This document shows, one piece after another, positions 34,721 through 43,638 of a DNA stretch of 64,000 nucleotides. The DNA is from a virus (lineage: Duplodnaviria > Caudoviricetes), in the IMG/VR virus record IMGVR_UViG_3300024346_000006, one strand, 5' to 3'. Both the position numbers and the translations under genes were made by a program. The notes beneath the pieces are model-generated. The model saw nothing but the letters and a program-made list of their open reading frames with translations. It did no database searches and had not been told where the DNA came from. Each line of letters begins with the position of its first letter. Positions within the stretch are counted from its first letter, which is position 1.

Positions 34721-34728
34721 TATTTATA
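34721..34728 (-). promoter_or_regulatory. T4-type late promoter TATAAATA
   Basis: Exact consensus 32 nt upstream of ORF 34689, heading the 13.6-kb coupled operon. Confidence 0.75.
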
Positions 34729-34731
34729 ATT

Positions 34732-35382
34732 TTACATATAATGTAGATAAGTGCCGACTACATACTTATCATCAGACTTTGCAGACATACACTGATGTGG
34801 ATGTGTCCAGAAAGGTGGCCAGATTGCGAGCCTCCCCCTAACTGGATTCACACTTAGGTTATAATCTGGAAAGACTGTTTCGCCACCCTCTTCAACATCA
34901 TTCAAATAGAAAAAACATGCAACAAATCTTTTTGCAGATAAGTGGTCTCCAACATCCGCATGATATTTAAAATCATCATCAGAACCCTTAGTGTATTTTT
35001 TCATCTTAATTTCTTCATTGACACACTGGCCAGGAAAAAACATAATATTATTATGTCTCCGATACATTTCAGTATACTCAGAAATAATACCTAAAAGTTT
35101 CATAGACCATTCTTCAAATTCTGGGAACTTTTCACATAGTTCTGGGTCAAAGAAATTTACCTCAGTATATGTTCTTGCTTCGGTATTTAATTTTCTCTGA
35201 TGGTCAGTTGCCGATTCGAATAACTCGATCATCTTATTACAATCTTCATCTGATAAAACATTATCCCAAACCGAAATGAATGCTCGTTGACCATCGGGTG
35301 GTCGCATATCAAATTGTTCTTCATCTACTTCAAAATGAATTGTTGTTTCTGCAGTAGTAGCAGTATTTGTTTCTTGTGTCAT
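34732..35382 (-). CDS. 2OG-Fe(II) oxygenase (prolyl-4-hydroxylase-like)
   Basis: YHADVG (HxD), FFYLNDVEEGGETVF, PFWTHPH, KYVVGTY. Confidence 0.9.
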   Translation of the reverse strand: MTQETNTATTAETTIHFEVDEEQFDMRPPDGQRAFISVWDNVLSDEDCNKMIELFESATDHQRKLNTEARTYTEVNFFDPELCEKFPEFEEWSMKLLGIISEYTEMYRRHNNIMFFPGQCVNEEIKMKKYTKGSDDDFKYHADVGDHLSAKRFVACFFYLNDVEEGGETVFPDYNLSVNPVRGRLAIWPPFWTHPHQCMSAKSDDKYVVGTYLHYM

Positions 35383-36755
35383 ATTTTTATCTCCACACTT
35401 CCGATTTTTTTCTTTCCTTCGTTTTGAAAATTCTTATAGGATGATGTACTCACTTCTGATACAATATCATTTTGTGCAGAATTTTCTGCATCGTAAAGAC
35501 GCATCTTTGGCCTATCGATTCCAACAACAAAGCGTTTATTATTGTTAATATCATTATATCTATTCTTCAACTGTTTAACCAAAATCTGATTCATGTCTTC
35601 CAACTCTTCAGTAGATATTAACGCAAACATCAAGTCTGCAGTCGCAGGAAGTCCAAATGACTCTGAAGTATCTGTTAATTCAACATCTGTATTTGAGTAA
35701 CCAGAACGAGTAGTCTGTGTTGCGGTGATGATAGGTACATCATTCTCAACAGCAAGTCCTCTCAGTTCTTCTGCGATTGATTTTACAAGTGTATAAGAGT
35801 TTATACCAGCACCATAACGTATTCTTGCAGAACTACAAATATTCAAATAGTCAATGAATATAACATCTGGTGTAAAGTTCTTTTTGATTTGTAATTCATT
35901 CAACAAATGTCTAAAGTGATTTGCATTAGCAACTGCAGTTGGATACTCTTTAATAATCAACTTACCAGTAGTTTTATTTTTAATCTTTTCTATTTTCTTT
36001 TCGAATGCAGATTTGGAAATACTTGAAACATCTGCGATAGAAATGTTAAGTAAGTTGGCATCAATTCTTTCTGCAATTTTTTCTTCAGACATTTCTAATG
36101 TAATGTATAAAACGTTTTTCCCCATCATATAATGGTTTGCAGCGAGATCACACATAAACAAAGATTTACCAACACCAGTACCAGCAAGAGCAACATTTAA
36201 TGTTTTGTTTGATAGTCCACCTTTGGTAATTTCGTTGAACAAGTCCAAATGAAAAGGTATCTTCTCTTCTACTCTATTGTAAAACTCAAATCTATCTTCA
36301 AAGTTATCGACAAAATCATGGCCAATATGTGTATCAAACGATACCGCAAGTGCATCTTGTAATATTTTTGGTAAGTCACCTTTTTGGTCTTGATGGTCGT
36401 TCAATATACCAATCGATTTCATGACTGCATTATATAATGCACGTTCTTGACACCACTTTTCGGTATGATCTACTTGCCAGTCAGTTTCTTTCTCATCTGT
36501 TTCTTTTAATTTCTCAATGAGGATAAGTGACTCTTTAAAATTATTTTCACTTAAACTAACATCATCTAATGATATCATCAAAGAGTCTTTGGTTGGCGTA
36601 GTATTGTATTTTTCGACATGACTACGAATCAACTCAAATATAACTTTATTTGACTCACTAGTAAAATAGTCTTTTTCTAGGTATGGTAATGTTCTTCGCA
36701 CATAATCTTCATTAGAATATAATGCACTTAGAATTACACTTTCACTTAATTCCAT
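35379..36755 (-). CDS. gp41: Replicative DNA helicase (T4 gp41)
   Basis: LAGTGVGKS, YITLEMSE, IFIDYLNI, ATQTTRSG, TSESFGLPATAD, QLKNRY. Confidence 0.97.
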   Translation of the reverse strand: MELSESVILSALYSNEDYVRRTLPYLEKDYFTSESNKVIFELIRSHVEKYNTTPTKDSLMISLDDVSLSENNFKESLILIEKLKETDEKETDWQVDHTEKWCQERALYNAVMKSIGILNDHQDQKGDLPKILQDALAVSFDTHIGHDFVDNFEDRFEFYNRVEEKIPFHLDLFNEITKGGLSNKTLNVALAGTGVGKSLFMCDLAANHYMMGKNVLYITLEMSEEKIAERIDANLLNISIADVSSISKSAFEKKIEKIKNKTTGKLIIKEYPTAVANANHFRHLLNELQIKKNFTPDVIFIDYLNICSSARIRYGAGINSYTLVKSIAEELRGLAVENDVPIITATQTTRSGYSNTDVELTDTSESFGLPATADLMFALISTEELEDMNQILVKQLKNRYNDINNNKRFVVGIDRPKMRLYDAENSAQNDIVSEVSTSSYKNFQNEGKKKIGSVEIKI

Positions 36756-37074
36756 TCAATTTATCCGCTTCATTATAAAGTTTTTTTGCTTCGGACTCTA
36801 AGGTCTTCGCTCTATTATGTAGTTCTAAAATCTTTTCTTCTTTAGTTAAAGTTTTTTTTTGATCGATCAAAGTAATTGTTTCTGGTTCTTTATCTTCAGT
36901 ACCATAAACTTCTTTCCACTTATCTGCAGGACATCTTAGATTTGCAATCTTTGCTTTTGCAGGCATAAAACATCCACACTTTTTACATACGAGGGCCAAA
37001 CCTTGAAAGTGTTCGCACCCTCTACAAGTATTGAGTCTTTGTTTATACACATGTTTAGAAGCAAAGATTTTCAT
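36742..37074 (-). CDS. Small Cys-rich protein (110 aa)
   Basis: CRGC...CKKCGCFM..K......CPADKW followed by a coiled coil. Confidence 0.65.
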   Translation of the reverse strand: MKIFASKHVYKQRLNTCRGCEHFQGLALVCKKCGCFMPAKAKIANLRCPADKWKEVYGTEDKEPETITLIDQKKTLTKEEKILELHNRAKTLESEAKKLYNEADKLNGIK

Positions 37075-38090
37075 CTAATACCAACTCTATATTTCTTTTT
37101 CAAGAAGTCATTGAACTTAGAGTCCGCCAGTAGGGTTTCCCAAAACTCCATGGAATGAGTTTCTTTTTCACGAAACTTCTTATCATCAACCGCACCAGTT
37201 TCTGGATCAACCATTTGATACCATCCACCAGATCTAGATATTACACCATAATCTAGTGCCATGTCAAGAAGACCTGATGAATTATCTACACCATTTTCCC
37301 AAGAAACTGAAATGGGGATTTTAGACTTCTCTCTGACAAACCTAGACTTCTCCACATTGATTACAAAATGATAACCTTGGATTTCGGCACCAACTTTATC
37401 CTGCTGTCTACCTACAATCCAAATTGTATCTGCACTATAGTACATACCTGTTCCACCAGAAACTACCTTCGTTGGATACAGACCCTGTGAGTCATATGTA
37501 TGATTAATTGCAACCATTGGAATATCTTTCATTGTTAGATGTGGAGTTATCATTCTAAACAAAGATTTAAATTGTTTTGCTCTTGTCATATCAGCGGCAG
37601 ACTTTTGATTCTCTGCATCGTCTACTTCTTTTTTGGATGCAAGGTTTCCTACAGAATCAACCATGATGAAAAGTTTATCTTCTGTTTGAATTTCTTTTAA
37701 TTGCGAAACCATATCAAATTTTAATTCTTCCAGATCAGTAACTGGAATGTGAACTACTCTTGAAGTGTCAATTTCAAACACATCAAAATAATTCTGCGGC
37801 GTGCCAAACTCACTATCATAAAAAAGTGCAACACCTTCTGGATACTTGTCAAGATATGCCTTCATCATAATCAATCCAAACGCAGTCTTGAAGTGTTTAC
37901 TTGGGCCTGCAACCATAGTCAACCCAGATGTGTATCCTTTATCTAACGAACCAGAAAACGCAACATTCATTGCAGGAATGTTTGTAGGAATATTATCCTT
38001 TTCGTGTAGAAATGGAGACTCAGAAAGAGTGTTTACTCTTCCATCTTTGAAAGAACTATTCTTTCTCAATTTACTCATTAATCCCGACAT
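37071..38090 (-). CDS. uvsX: RecA-like recombinase
   Basis: AGPSKHFKT, YDSEFGTP, DSVGNLAS, VSGGTGMYYS. Confidence 0.97.
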   Translation of the reverse strand: MSGLMSKLRKNSSFKDGRVNTLSESPFLHEKDNIPTNIPAMNVAFSGSLDKGYTSGLTMVAGPSKHFKTAFGLIMMKAYLDKYPEGVALFYDSEFGTPQNYFDVFEIDTSRVVHIPVTDLEELKFDMVSQLKEIQTEDKLFIMVDSVGNLASKKEVDDAENQKSAADMTRAKQFKSLFRMITPHLTMKDIPMVAINHTYDSQGLYPTKVVSGGTGMYYSADTIWIVGRQQDKVGAEIQGYHFVINVEKSRFVREKSKIPISVSWENGVDNSSGLLDMALDYGVISRSGGWYQMVDPETGAVDDKKFREKETHSMEFWETLLADSKFNDFLKKKYRVGIR

Positions 38091-38102
38091 ATTATTCTCC
38101 TA

Positions 38103-40631
38103 TTAAAAAAAATCGTCTATTGTGAATATTTTTTCAACCTTCCATCCAATCGCATCGGTGATGGTTTTAATTGGATCAAGGAAGGCCTTTTCGAATTGTT
38201 TTGTATAATCAATGTAATCATTTAATCCAAACTCATCTGGAATAATTGATGCCATTGCAATGGTATTATTACCGATTGGATTTGGTTCTTTAAGGTAAAC
38301 AAACTTAATCTTTTCGCCCTCCTTAATAATTGGATAAGTCATATCCAATTTATGTTTCTTAACCAAATTATTGAAATGAATAACTCCTTTTACATGGATG
38401 GGCGTTCCCTTCTTGAATAGTGATACAGAATCGAAATACTTTCGTAATCCGTTAACACTTCTAGGAAATGCAACTTCGTCTACAGGAAAAGTTTTAAAGT
38501 CTTCTCTAAAAGTGTCGATAAACTCAATAAGTTCATCATTATCACCACCCATAATAACCTTAAAGGATTCTTTTAACTTGTCCCGACATGCGGCCGGAGT
38601 AGATGATCGAACCGCCTCAATACCCATGATTTTTAGGTCTGGTTTTTTGAATCGAACACCTTCACTATCATGAACATTTAGAATATATCTTTTCTTTGCA
38701 GTCCACAATCCTTTTGATGCAATCACTTCTCTTTTCATGAACATCTTCTGTTCATATGCATTCATATACGAAGCAAGTTCTTGATAACTGCGATCAATAA
38801 AAGGTTCAAATTTCTCCTGAGCGACTCTATCAAGAAAGTTAACAATTCGTTCCGTTTGTACACCACCCTCAATCGTCTCTCCTGCAGTTCCTTGGTCAAA
38901 CACTTTATGTACCAAGTCACCAAGAGTGACGTATATCGAATCCGTATCGCTTGCAATAACATAATTCTTTTCTTGTTCATTTTGTAGAATTTTGTTAACA
39001 TATTGATTTACCTTTTTTTCAATCCATCTGATAGATAACTGTCCAGATAGAGTGATAGACTCCGCCTGTCTAATGTCGAAATACCTAAAGTACTGATTCC
39101 CCAACGCACCATAGGCGGAGTTGAGAAGAATCTTTGCGGCCATCTGTTTGTTGTTAAGTGCGGCAATTTTTTGATCTAGTTCTTTGAGGTCGCCGATACC
39201 ATCAATTTTCTTTTGTTTTGTCTTCAACATTTCCTTCTTGTACAAAACTCTGTCATCATACATCTTTTGCATAAGTTTTGGGAGGAAACCTTTCTTGTCA
39301 TTATTATATAGAACACCATTGGGGGTAAGTGACAAGTTACTCTTAGAAATAATTTCTGTATTTGTTTTCATTTCTAATAGATCATCAACGGACGTATCTA
39401 CTCTATCAGTTTCAACCAAAGTTTCAGGCGAAATGTTGTACTGCATAATAAGGTGCGGATATAGACTGTTCAAGTCAAACGAAAGAATCCAGTCATGCAT
39501 TCCGACAGTTGGTTCCTTTACATATGCACCGGCGTATGCAGCAGTTTTACTGTTATGTCTTTTTGGGGGGATTACAATATTATCTTTTTTAAGATGATTA
39601 AATGCAATCGAGTCCCAAGTTTTGATGGGGGAAAATACCTCATCATAGTTTACTCTCGCCTCGTATGCAATTGTAATCAACAGTTCCAAAAGTTTAAGTT
39701 TATCGTCAAGTTTATCGACAAGTTCAACGTCTTTGATATTATAGTCAATATACTTTTGATAATCCTCTTTGTAGAACAAGTGCATGTGTGAGAACTCTGA
39801 GTGATCTAACTTTCTTTCACCCAACTCGACAAAGGCAATATGATCGAGGCGATAACTTTCTCTTGTCACATAGGTAAACTTTCGATATAAGTCAAGATAA
39901 TCGACAATAGTAATACCAAGCACATTAACTTGTTCTTGCAATTGTCCACGAATATTTTTTTGCATTCTATCTACAATGCCCCAAGGAGAAAGTCTTTTAG
40001 TGTTACTTTCTCCAAGAATTTTTGTGATACGATTTACAAGATAACTCATATCAAACTGATTAACATTCCAACCAGTCACAACATCAATATCTGCGGCCTC
40101 CCACAAATTTAAGAAAGACTTAAGAAGTTCAATCTCACTGGTACATTTGTAATACTTAATATTAAGATGGGACAATGACTCATTAGTGTTTTCCCAATCA
40201 CCCAAACCAAGAACAGTGTACATATCATCATACTTAAGAGTAATGGCGTTAACACGTTCTATTGCCTCTAGAGGATTGGGGAAACCGTTTTCACACTCAA
40301 CTTCAATGTCAAGTGTTGCAATTCGAATCTTCTCCAAGTCAAATTCTAAATCTGAATAGTTATCTGCAATGTATGGATAAACAAACTGAGTCATTCCATA
40401 GAATGAAAGAATACCATCATTTTCTTTTATCTTTGCTCTTGCGGAAGATATATCTGGGAACTTTACCTTCCTCAAATACTTACCGTCAAGAGAACGATGT
40501 GATGTTTTTTCTTTTACTTCATAAAAAAGAGATGGCGAGTAAGAAGTGCGATACCTCTTACGCTCACCATCAACAGTTTCTTTGACAAGAATTTTATTTC
40601 CAAGATTTTGGATATTAGTATAAAATCGCAT
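38103..40631 (-). CDS. gp43: Family B DNA polymerase (T4 gp43)
   Basis: DIEVE exonuclease, SFDLNSLYPH, KILLNSAYG, ASDTDS. Confidence 0.98.
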   Translation of the reverse strand: MRFYTNIQNLGNKILVKETVDGERKRYRTSYSPSLFYEVKEKTSHRSLDGKYLRKVKFPDISSARAKIKENDGILSFYGMTQFVYPYIADNYSDLEFDLEKIRIATLDIEVECENGFPNPLEAIERVNAITLKYDDMYTVLGLGDWENTNESLSHLNIKYYKCTSEIELLKSFLNLWEAADIDVVTGWNVNQFDMSYLVNRITKILGESNTKRLSPWGIVDRMQKNIRGQLQEQVNVLGITIVDYLDLYRKFTYVTRESYRLDHIAFVELGERKLDHSEFSHMHLFYKEDYQKYIDYNIKDVELVDKLDDKLKLLELLITIAYEARVNYDEVFSPIKTWDSIAFNHLKKDNIVIPPKRHNSKTAAYAGAYVKEPTVGMHDWILSFDLNSLYPHLIMQYNISPETLVETDRVDTSVDDLLEMKTNTEIISKSNLSLTPNGVLYNNDKKGFLPKLMQKMYDDRVLYKKEMLKTKQKKIDGIGDLKELDQKIAALNNKQMAAKILLNSAYGALGNQYFRYFDIRQAESITLSGQLSIRWIEKKVNQYVNKILQNEQEKNYVIASDTDSIYVTLGDLVHKVFDQGTAGETIEGGVQTERIVNFLDRVAQEKFEPFIDRSYQELASYMNAYEQKMFMKREVIASKGLWTAKKRYILNVHDSEGVRFKKPDLKIMGIEAVRSSTPAACRDKLKESFKVIMGGDNDELIEFIDTFREDFKTFPVDEVAFPRSVNGLRKYFDSVSLFKKGTPIHVKGVIHFNNLVKKHKLDMTYPIIKEGEKIKFVYLKEPNPIGNNTIAMASIIPDEFGLNDYIDYTKQFEKAFLDPIKTITDAIGWKVEKIFTIDDFF

Positions 40632-40660
40632 GATTCCTCATTATGTAAATTACTAGGTGT

Positions 40661-40689
40661 ATTATATCACACAACGCACAATAAGTCAA
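40661..40689 (-). promoter_or_regulatory. Sigma70-type promoter TTGACT-N17-TATAAT
   Basis: Near-consensus directly upstream of gp43. Confidence 0.8.
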
Positions 40690-40692
40690 TCA

Positions 40693-41037
40693 CTAAACTT
40701 TAACAAATCCGTGATTTCCGCCTTTTGGTGTTTTGAGTGTTGGCGTGCTTGGTGGAAGAACCAATCCACTTCCAAATATTTTATTGTATTCATTAGTCAA
40801 CTCATTTACAGGGTCGACAATAAATCCAACATATGATTTGGCAACTGTAATTCCATCTGAAGATTTTGTATATGGCATAAAGGGTGCCAGTCCTACTCTT
40901 GCAGTAGCGGTTGTTGTATCAGCATAAGAAGTGGCAATCTGACATACATCTTTTATGTAGATAGTGCCATCTTCTTTTTCTGATACATCACCCATAATCT
41001 CTTCACCAGAAATTAGCCGAAGAACCTTAACTGCCAT
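40693..41037 (-). CDS. Sm-like fold hypothetical protein (114 aa)
   Basis: VKVLRLISGEEIMGDV...GLAPFMPY...EYNKIFGSGLVLP. Confidence 0.6.
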   Translation of the reverse strand: MAVKVLRLISGEEIMGDVSEKEDGTIYIKDVCQIATSYADTTTATARVGLAPFMPYTKSSDGITVAKSYVGFIVDPVNELTNEYNKIFGSGLVLPPSTPTLKTPKGGNHGFVKV

Positions 41038-41329
41038 CAGTTGTTTCTGTAGGTTCAGTTGTTTCTACAGGTTCTGGGGTTTCCACTGTTTGTGGGACTG
41101 GTTGCTGTTGAATATTTGCAAAATACTGAATTACAGTTTTCAATTTGTCTTCTGCCATTGCAAGGCGACAAAGCTGTTCATCCATTGCTTCAATCAAATC
41201 ACTATGTTCACCAACACCTACAGAATTTTCAAAATATGTTTGAAGATTTGCAATTGCCATATCTCTTTCATATTCATATTTTCTAATAAGTGCTCTCAGT
41301 TTCATACTATTGGAATAATCGAACTTCAT
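41027..41329 (-). CDS. Hypothetical protein (100 aa)
   Basis: Y...MAIANLQTYFENSVGVGEHSDLIE motif; PVET repeats at C-terminus. Confidence 0.65.
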   Translation of the reverse strand: MKFDYSNSMKLRALIRKYEYERDMAIANLQTYFENSVGVGEHSDLIEAMDEQLCRLAMAEDKLKTVIQYFANIQQQPVPQTVETPEPVETTEPTETTDGS

Positions 41330-41654
41330 CCGCTTTCGCTCCTTTTTTTATCCATTTTTTTTCATTTTTAATGTGTGTTCTTAAACGTTTTTGTAACTCT
41401 CTACTTTCTTGAGTGTCACCTAACCATTTAATAACTCTTCTTTCGAACCATGCCCATTCCATGTTTAATATTTTCTGTACAACAGCGGGATGGGCAACTA
41501 CGATTTTTTTGTTATTCAATAAGTCTTGAATTAAAAGGTCATTTGGCAATCCTGGCGAGAATTCAATATCTCCCATTTCTCCAGAATTTTTAGAAACCTT
41601 ATAAACCTTATCATCACTCATCTCAATTTCGGTTTCTTGTTTTGTTAATTTCAT
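41307..41654 (-). CDS. Hypothetical protein (115 aa)
   Basis: Coupled ORF on the coding strand; start uncertain. Confidence 0.55.
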   Translation of the reverse strand: MKLTKQETEIEMSDDKVYKVSKNSGEMGDIEFSPGLPNDLLIQDLLNNKKIVVAHPAVVQKILNMEWAWFERRVIKWLGDTQESRELQKRLRTHIKNEKKWIKKGAKADEVRLFQ

Positions 41655-41842
41655 TAACTATCGCCTTTAACAATCCATTCTTTTTCGTCTTGAATTTCTG
41701 CACGGCGTGTTTTGCACAACTTCATCAATTCATTAAGGTGTTTTCTTGCACGAATTCCTGCAGACTTATTACCTTTCAGAAATTTTTCATTTTCTAATTT
41801 ATATTGTTCTAACTCAATTGTTAGTTGGTCATGTGTTTCCAT
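41654..41842 (-). CDS. Histone H1-like Hc1-family small protein
   Basis: EKFLKGNKSAGIRARKHLNELMKLCKTRRAEIQ. Confidence 0.65.
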   Translation of the reverse strand: METHDQLTIELEQYKLENEKFLKGNKSAGIRARKHLNELMKLCKTRRAEIQDEKEWIVKGDS

Positions 41843-41863
41843 TTTTAATCCTCATCAAATGAT

Positions 41864-41883
41864 GGGGGGAATGGTTCCCCCCC
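41864..41883. terminator. GC hairpin downstream of hsp20 (terminator-like)
   Basis: ggggggaa-tgg-ttccccccc; the T-run lies on the + side and the U-tract on - is weak. Confidence 0.55.
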
Positions 41884-41889
41884 AATTTT

Positions 41890-42357
41890 TTACTCTACCA
41901 AAAATTTTTTCTTTTTATTTGGCAGTGTTTTAGAACCACCGATATCAATTCGGCGAGGTTTCTTTTCCTCTGGGATTACATGTTCTAATTCAATAACAAG
42001 CAATCCATTAACTAATTCAGCACCCACTACAATAATATCGGCATTTAGTGTAAAGGTTCTTTCAAAGTCCTTTCCAGAAATACCTCTATGTAGGAATGCA
42101 GAATCATTTTGTTTTTCTTGGACAGAACCTTTTACTAGTAGAATACTTTCTTTTACTTCTACTTCAAGTTCGTCTTCCGAAAATCCAGAAACTGCGAGTT
42201 CGATACGATATTTCGAATCTGTTTCTTTAATTACATTGTATGGGGGATAGTTTTGCGTTGTTGCTTGAGTCATTGCCTCAAGTTCATTAAACAATCTATC
42301 AAACCCGACACTGTAACGCATAAATGGGTCTAAACTTCTTAATCTTGTACTAACCAT
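41890..42357 (-). CDS. hsp20: Small heat-shock protein (IbpA/Hsp20; start revised to 42357)
   Basis: YSVGFDRLF, NYPPYNV, IELAVSGF, FLHRGIS, FERTF, NGLLVIEL; AGGAGG RBS. Confidence 0.95.
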   Translation of the reverse strand: MVSTRLRSLDPFMRYSVGFDRLFNELEAMTQATTQNYPPYNVIKETDSKYRIELAVSGFSEDELEVEVKESILLVKGSVQEKQNDSAFLHRGISGKDFERTFTLNADIIVVGAELVNGLLVIELEHVIPEEKKPRRIDIGGSKTLPNKKKKFLVE

Positions 42358-42443
42358 GTTTTTCCTCCTATATTTAGCAAGGTTTATGTACTGTCCCTTT
42401 CGGTAACATATGGATTTTACTGCGATTGCACGATGGAATCCAT
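42358..42443 (-). promoter_or_regulatory. ROSE-like RNA thermometer in hsp20 5' UTR
   Basis: Three hairpins; the last, CC-UUGCU-A-AAUA-U-AGGAGG, pairs UUGCU with the SD leaving a bulged G. Confidence 0.75.
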
Positions 42444-42463
42444 GATCCATATACTATATATAA

Positions 42464-42850
42464 TCAATATATAATATTATTCAAGTCTGGTTGAAAAAAA
42501 TTTGGGCCTTTTAGAACTTTTCCATCATCTCTATAGATAGGTTTGCCGTCAAGTCCTAATTTAGACATATTAGAACGATGAACTTCATCGAAACATTTAT
42601 CTAAGTCTATACCGTAGGCATGTCCAGCGCCATAGACAACATACAACAGATCAGTTAATGCATCTGCTACTTCTACTAAATCGTTGTCTAGGATTGATGC
42701 TGCCTTAAGTTCTTGCAACTCTTCTTCAATCAATTCATTTCTCAAATTAACAATTTCTTTACTTGGAAATTTTGCCTCTTTTACAACTTCTTGTTCAAAA
42801 GTTTCCATAAATTGTTTTACTTTTTCAAAATTAGTCATCAAGTAATTCAC
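42464..42850 (-). CDS. MazG-like NTP pyrophosphohydrolase (PRA-PH-like)
   Basis: ELIEEELQEL, EVADALTDLLYVVYG, EVHRSNMSK, DGKVLKG. Confidence 0.85.
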   Translation of the reverse strand: MNYLMTNFEKVKQFMETFEQEVVKEAKFPSKEIVNLRNELIEEELQELKAASILDNDLVEVADALTDLLYVVYGAGHAYGIDLDKCFDEVHRSNMSKLGLDGKPIYRDDGKVLKGPNFFQPDLNNIIY

Positions 42851-42859
42851 CCTTTCAAA

Positions 42860-43249
42860 TTATTTTTTTCTACCAATATTATACTTTGGTACTAACTCCC
42901 AATTATCTTTTTCTTTATGAGAAATGATTTTAATTTGAGAGATCGGGGCACTTTCAAATTCGTCTGTTTTAACAACATCGATTAATCCCCACTCTTTTAA
43001 TAAATTTACAATTGTATTTCTTCTTGCCCTATCATTTTCAGAAAAGTCAGATGTTTTTCCATCAAGTTTAAACAACTCTTTGAAATGAACGATGTAATAT
43101 TTTCCTTGTTTATGAAGAATATGGCAAGACTGAAAAAGTTTTCTATCTTTTTTTGATGCAACACCAATTCTAGTTAGTGTCTCTCTTATTTTTAAGAAGT
43201 CTTCTTGATCACCAAGTGCAACTTCCACTAAAGTTTCTAGTACTGACAT
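42860..43249 (-). CDS. regA: Translational repressor RegA
   Basis: DFLKIRETLTRIG, LFQSCHILHKQGKYYIVHFKEL. Confidence 0.97.
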   Translation of the reverse strand: MSVLETLVEVALGDQEDFLKIRETLTRIGVASKKDRKLFQSCHILHKQGKYYIVHFKELFKLDGKTSDFSENDRARRNTIVNLLKEWGLIDVVKTDEFESAPISQIKIISHKEKDNWELVPKYNIGRKK

Positions 43250-43251
43250 AA

Positions 43252-43638
43252 TTATCCGCCTTTATTCAGCAGACTCTTTATATCCTCTATTTGTTCTTTT
43301 GTTAGGATATTAAGAACCTGTTCTGTTTTTTTATTATTATATCCATAATATTCTTTTACATAATCAAAGTCATTATGAATAGTCTTCTTATGCCAAGGAG
43401 AAAACCTTTTCCTTGGACGTATACTATTTAGTAAATAATCGAATTGTAACTTATTATCAAGATTATGATATTTGTTCATTTCGTTGGCGTATAATATAGT
43501 GTCTTGGAAATTGGAATAGTTCTTGTTTACAAGATATGACTGATAGTTTTTCTCCCATTGTTCATCATTACTATCCATTAATCTCTTTTTTGTATGAGAG
43601 ATTGCAGGAATGTAATCTTTAAATAAATCGTAACTCAT
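43252..43638 (-). CDS. gp62: Clamp-loader small subunit (gp62)
   Basis: YANEMN, QFDYLLNSIRPRKRFSPW; position after gp44. Confidence 0.9.
   Translation of the reverse strand: MSYDLFKDYIPAISHTKKRLMDSNDEQWEKNYQSYLVNKNYSNFQDTILYANEMNKYHNLDNKLQFDYLLNSIRPRKRFSPWHKKTIHNDFDYVKEYYGYNNKKTEQVLNILTKEQIEDIKSLLNKGG

Noticed and set aside
16935-40631. Introns, inteins or homing endonucleases in nrdA/nrdB, gp41, uvsX or gp43
   Set aside because: All are uninterrupted and of normal length; no HNH, GIY-YIG or LAGLIDADG motifs were noticed.
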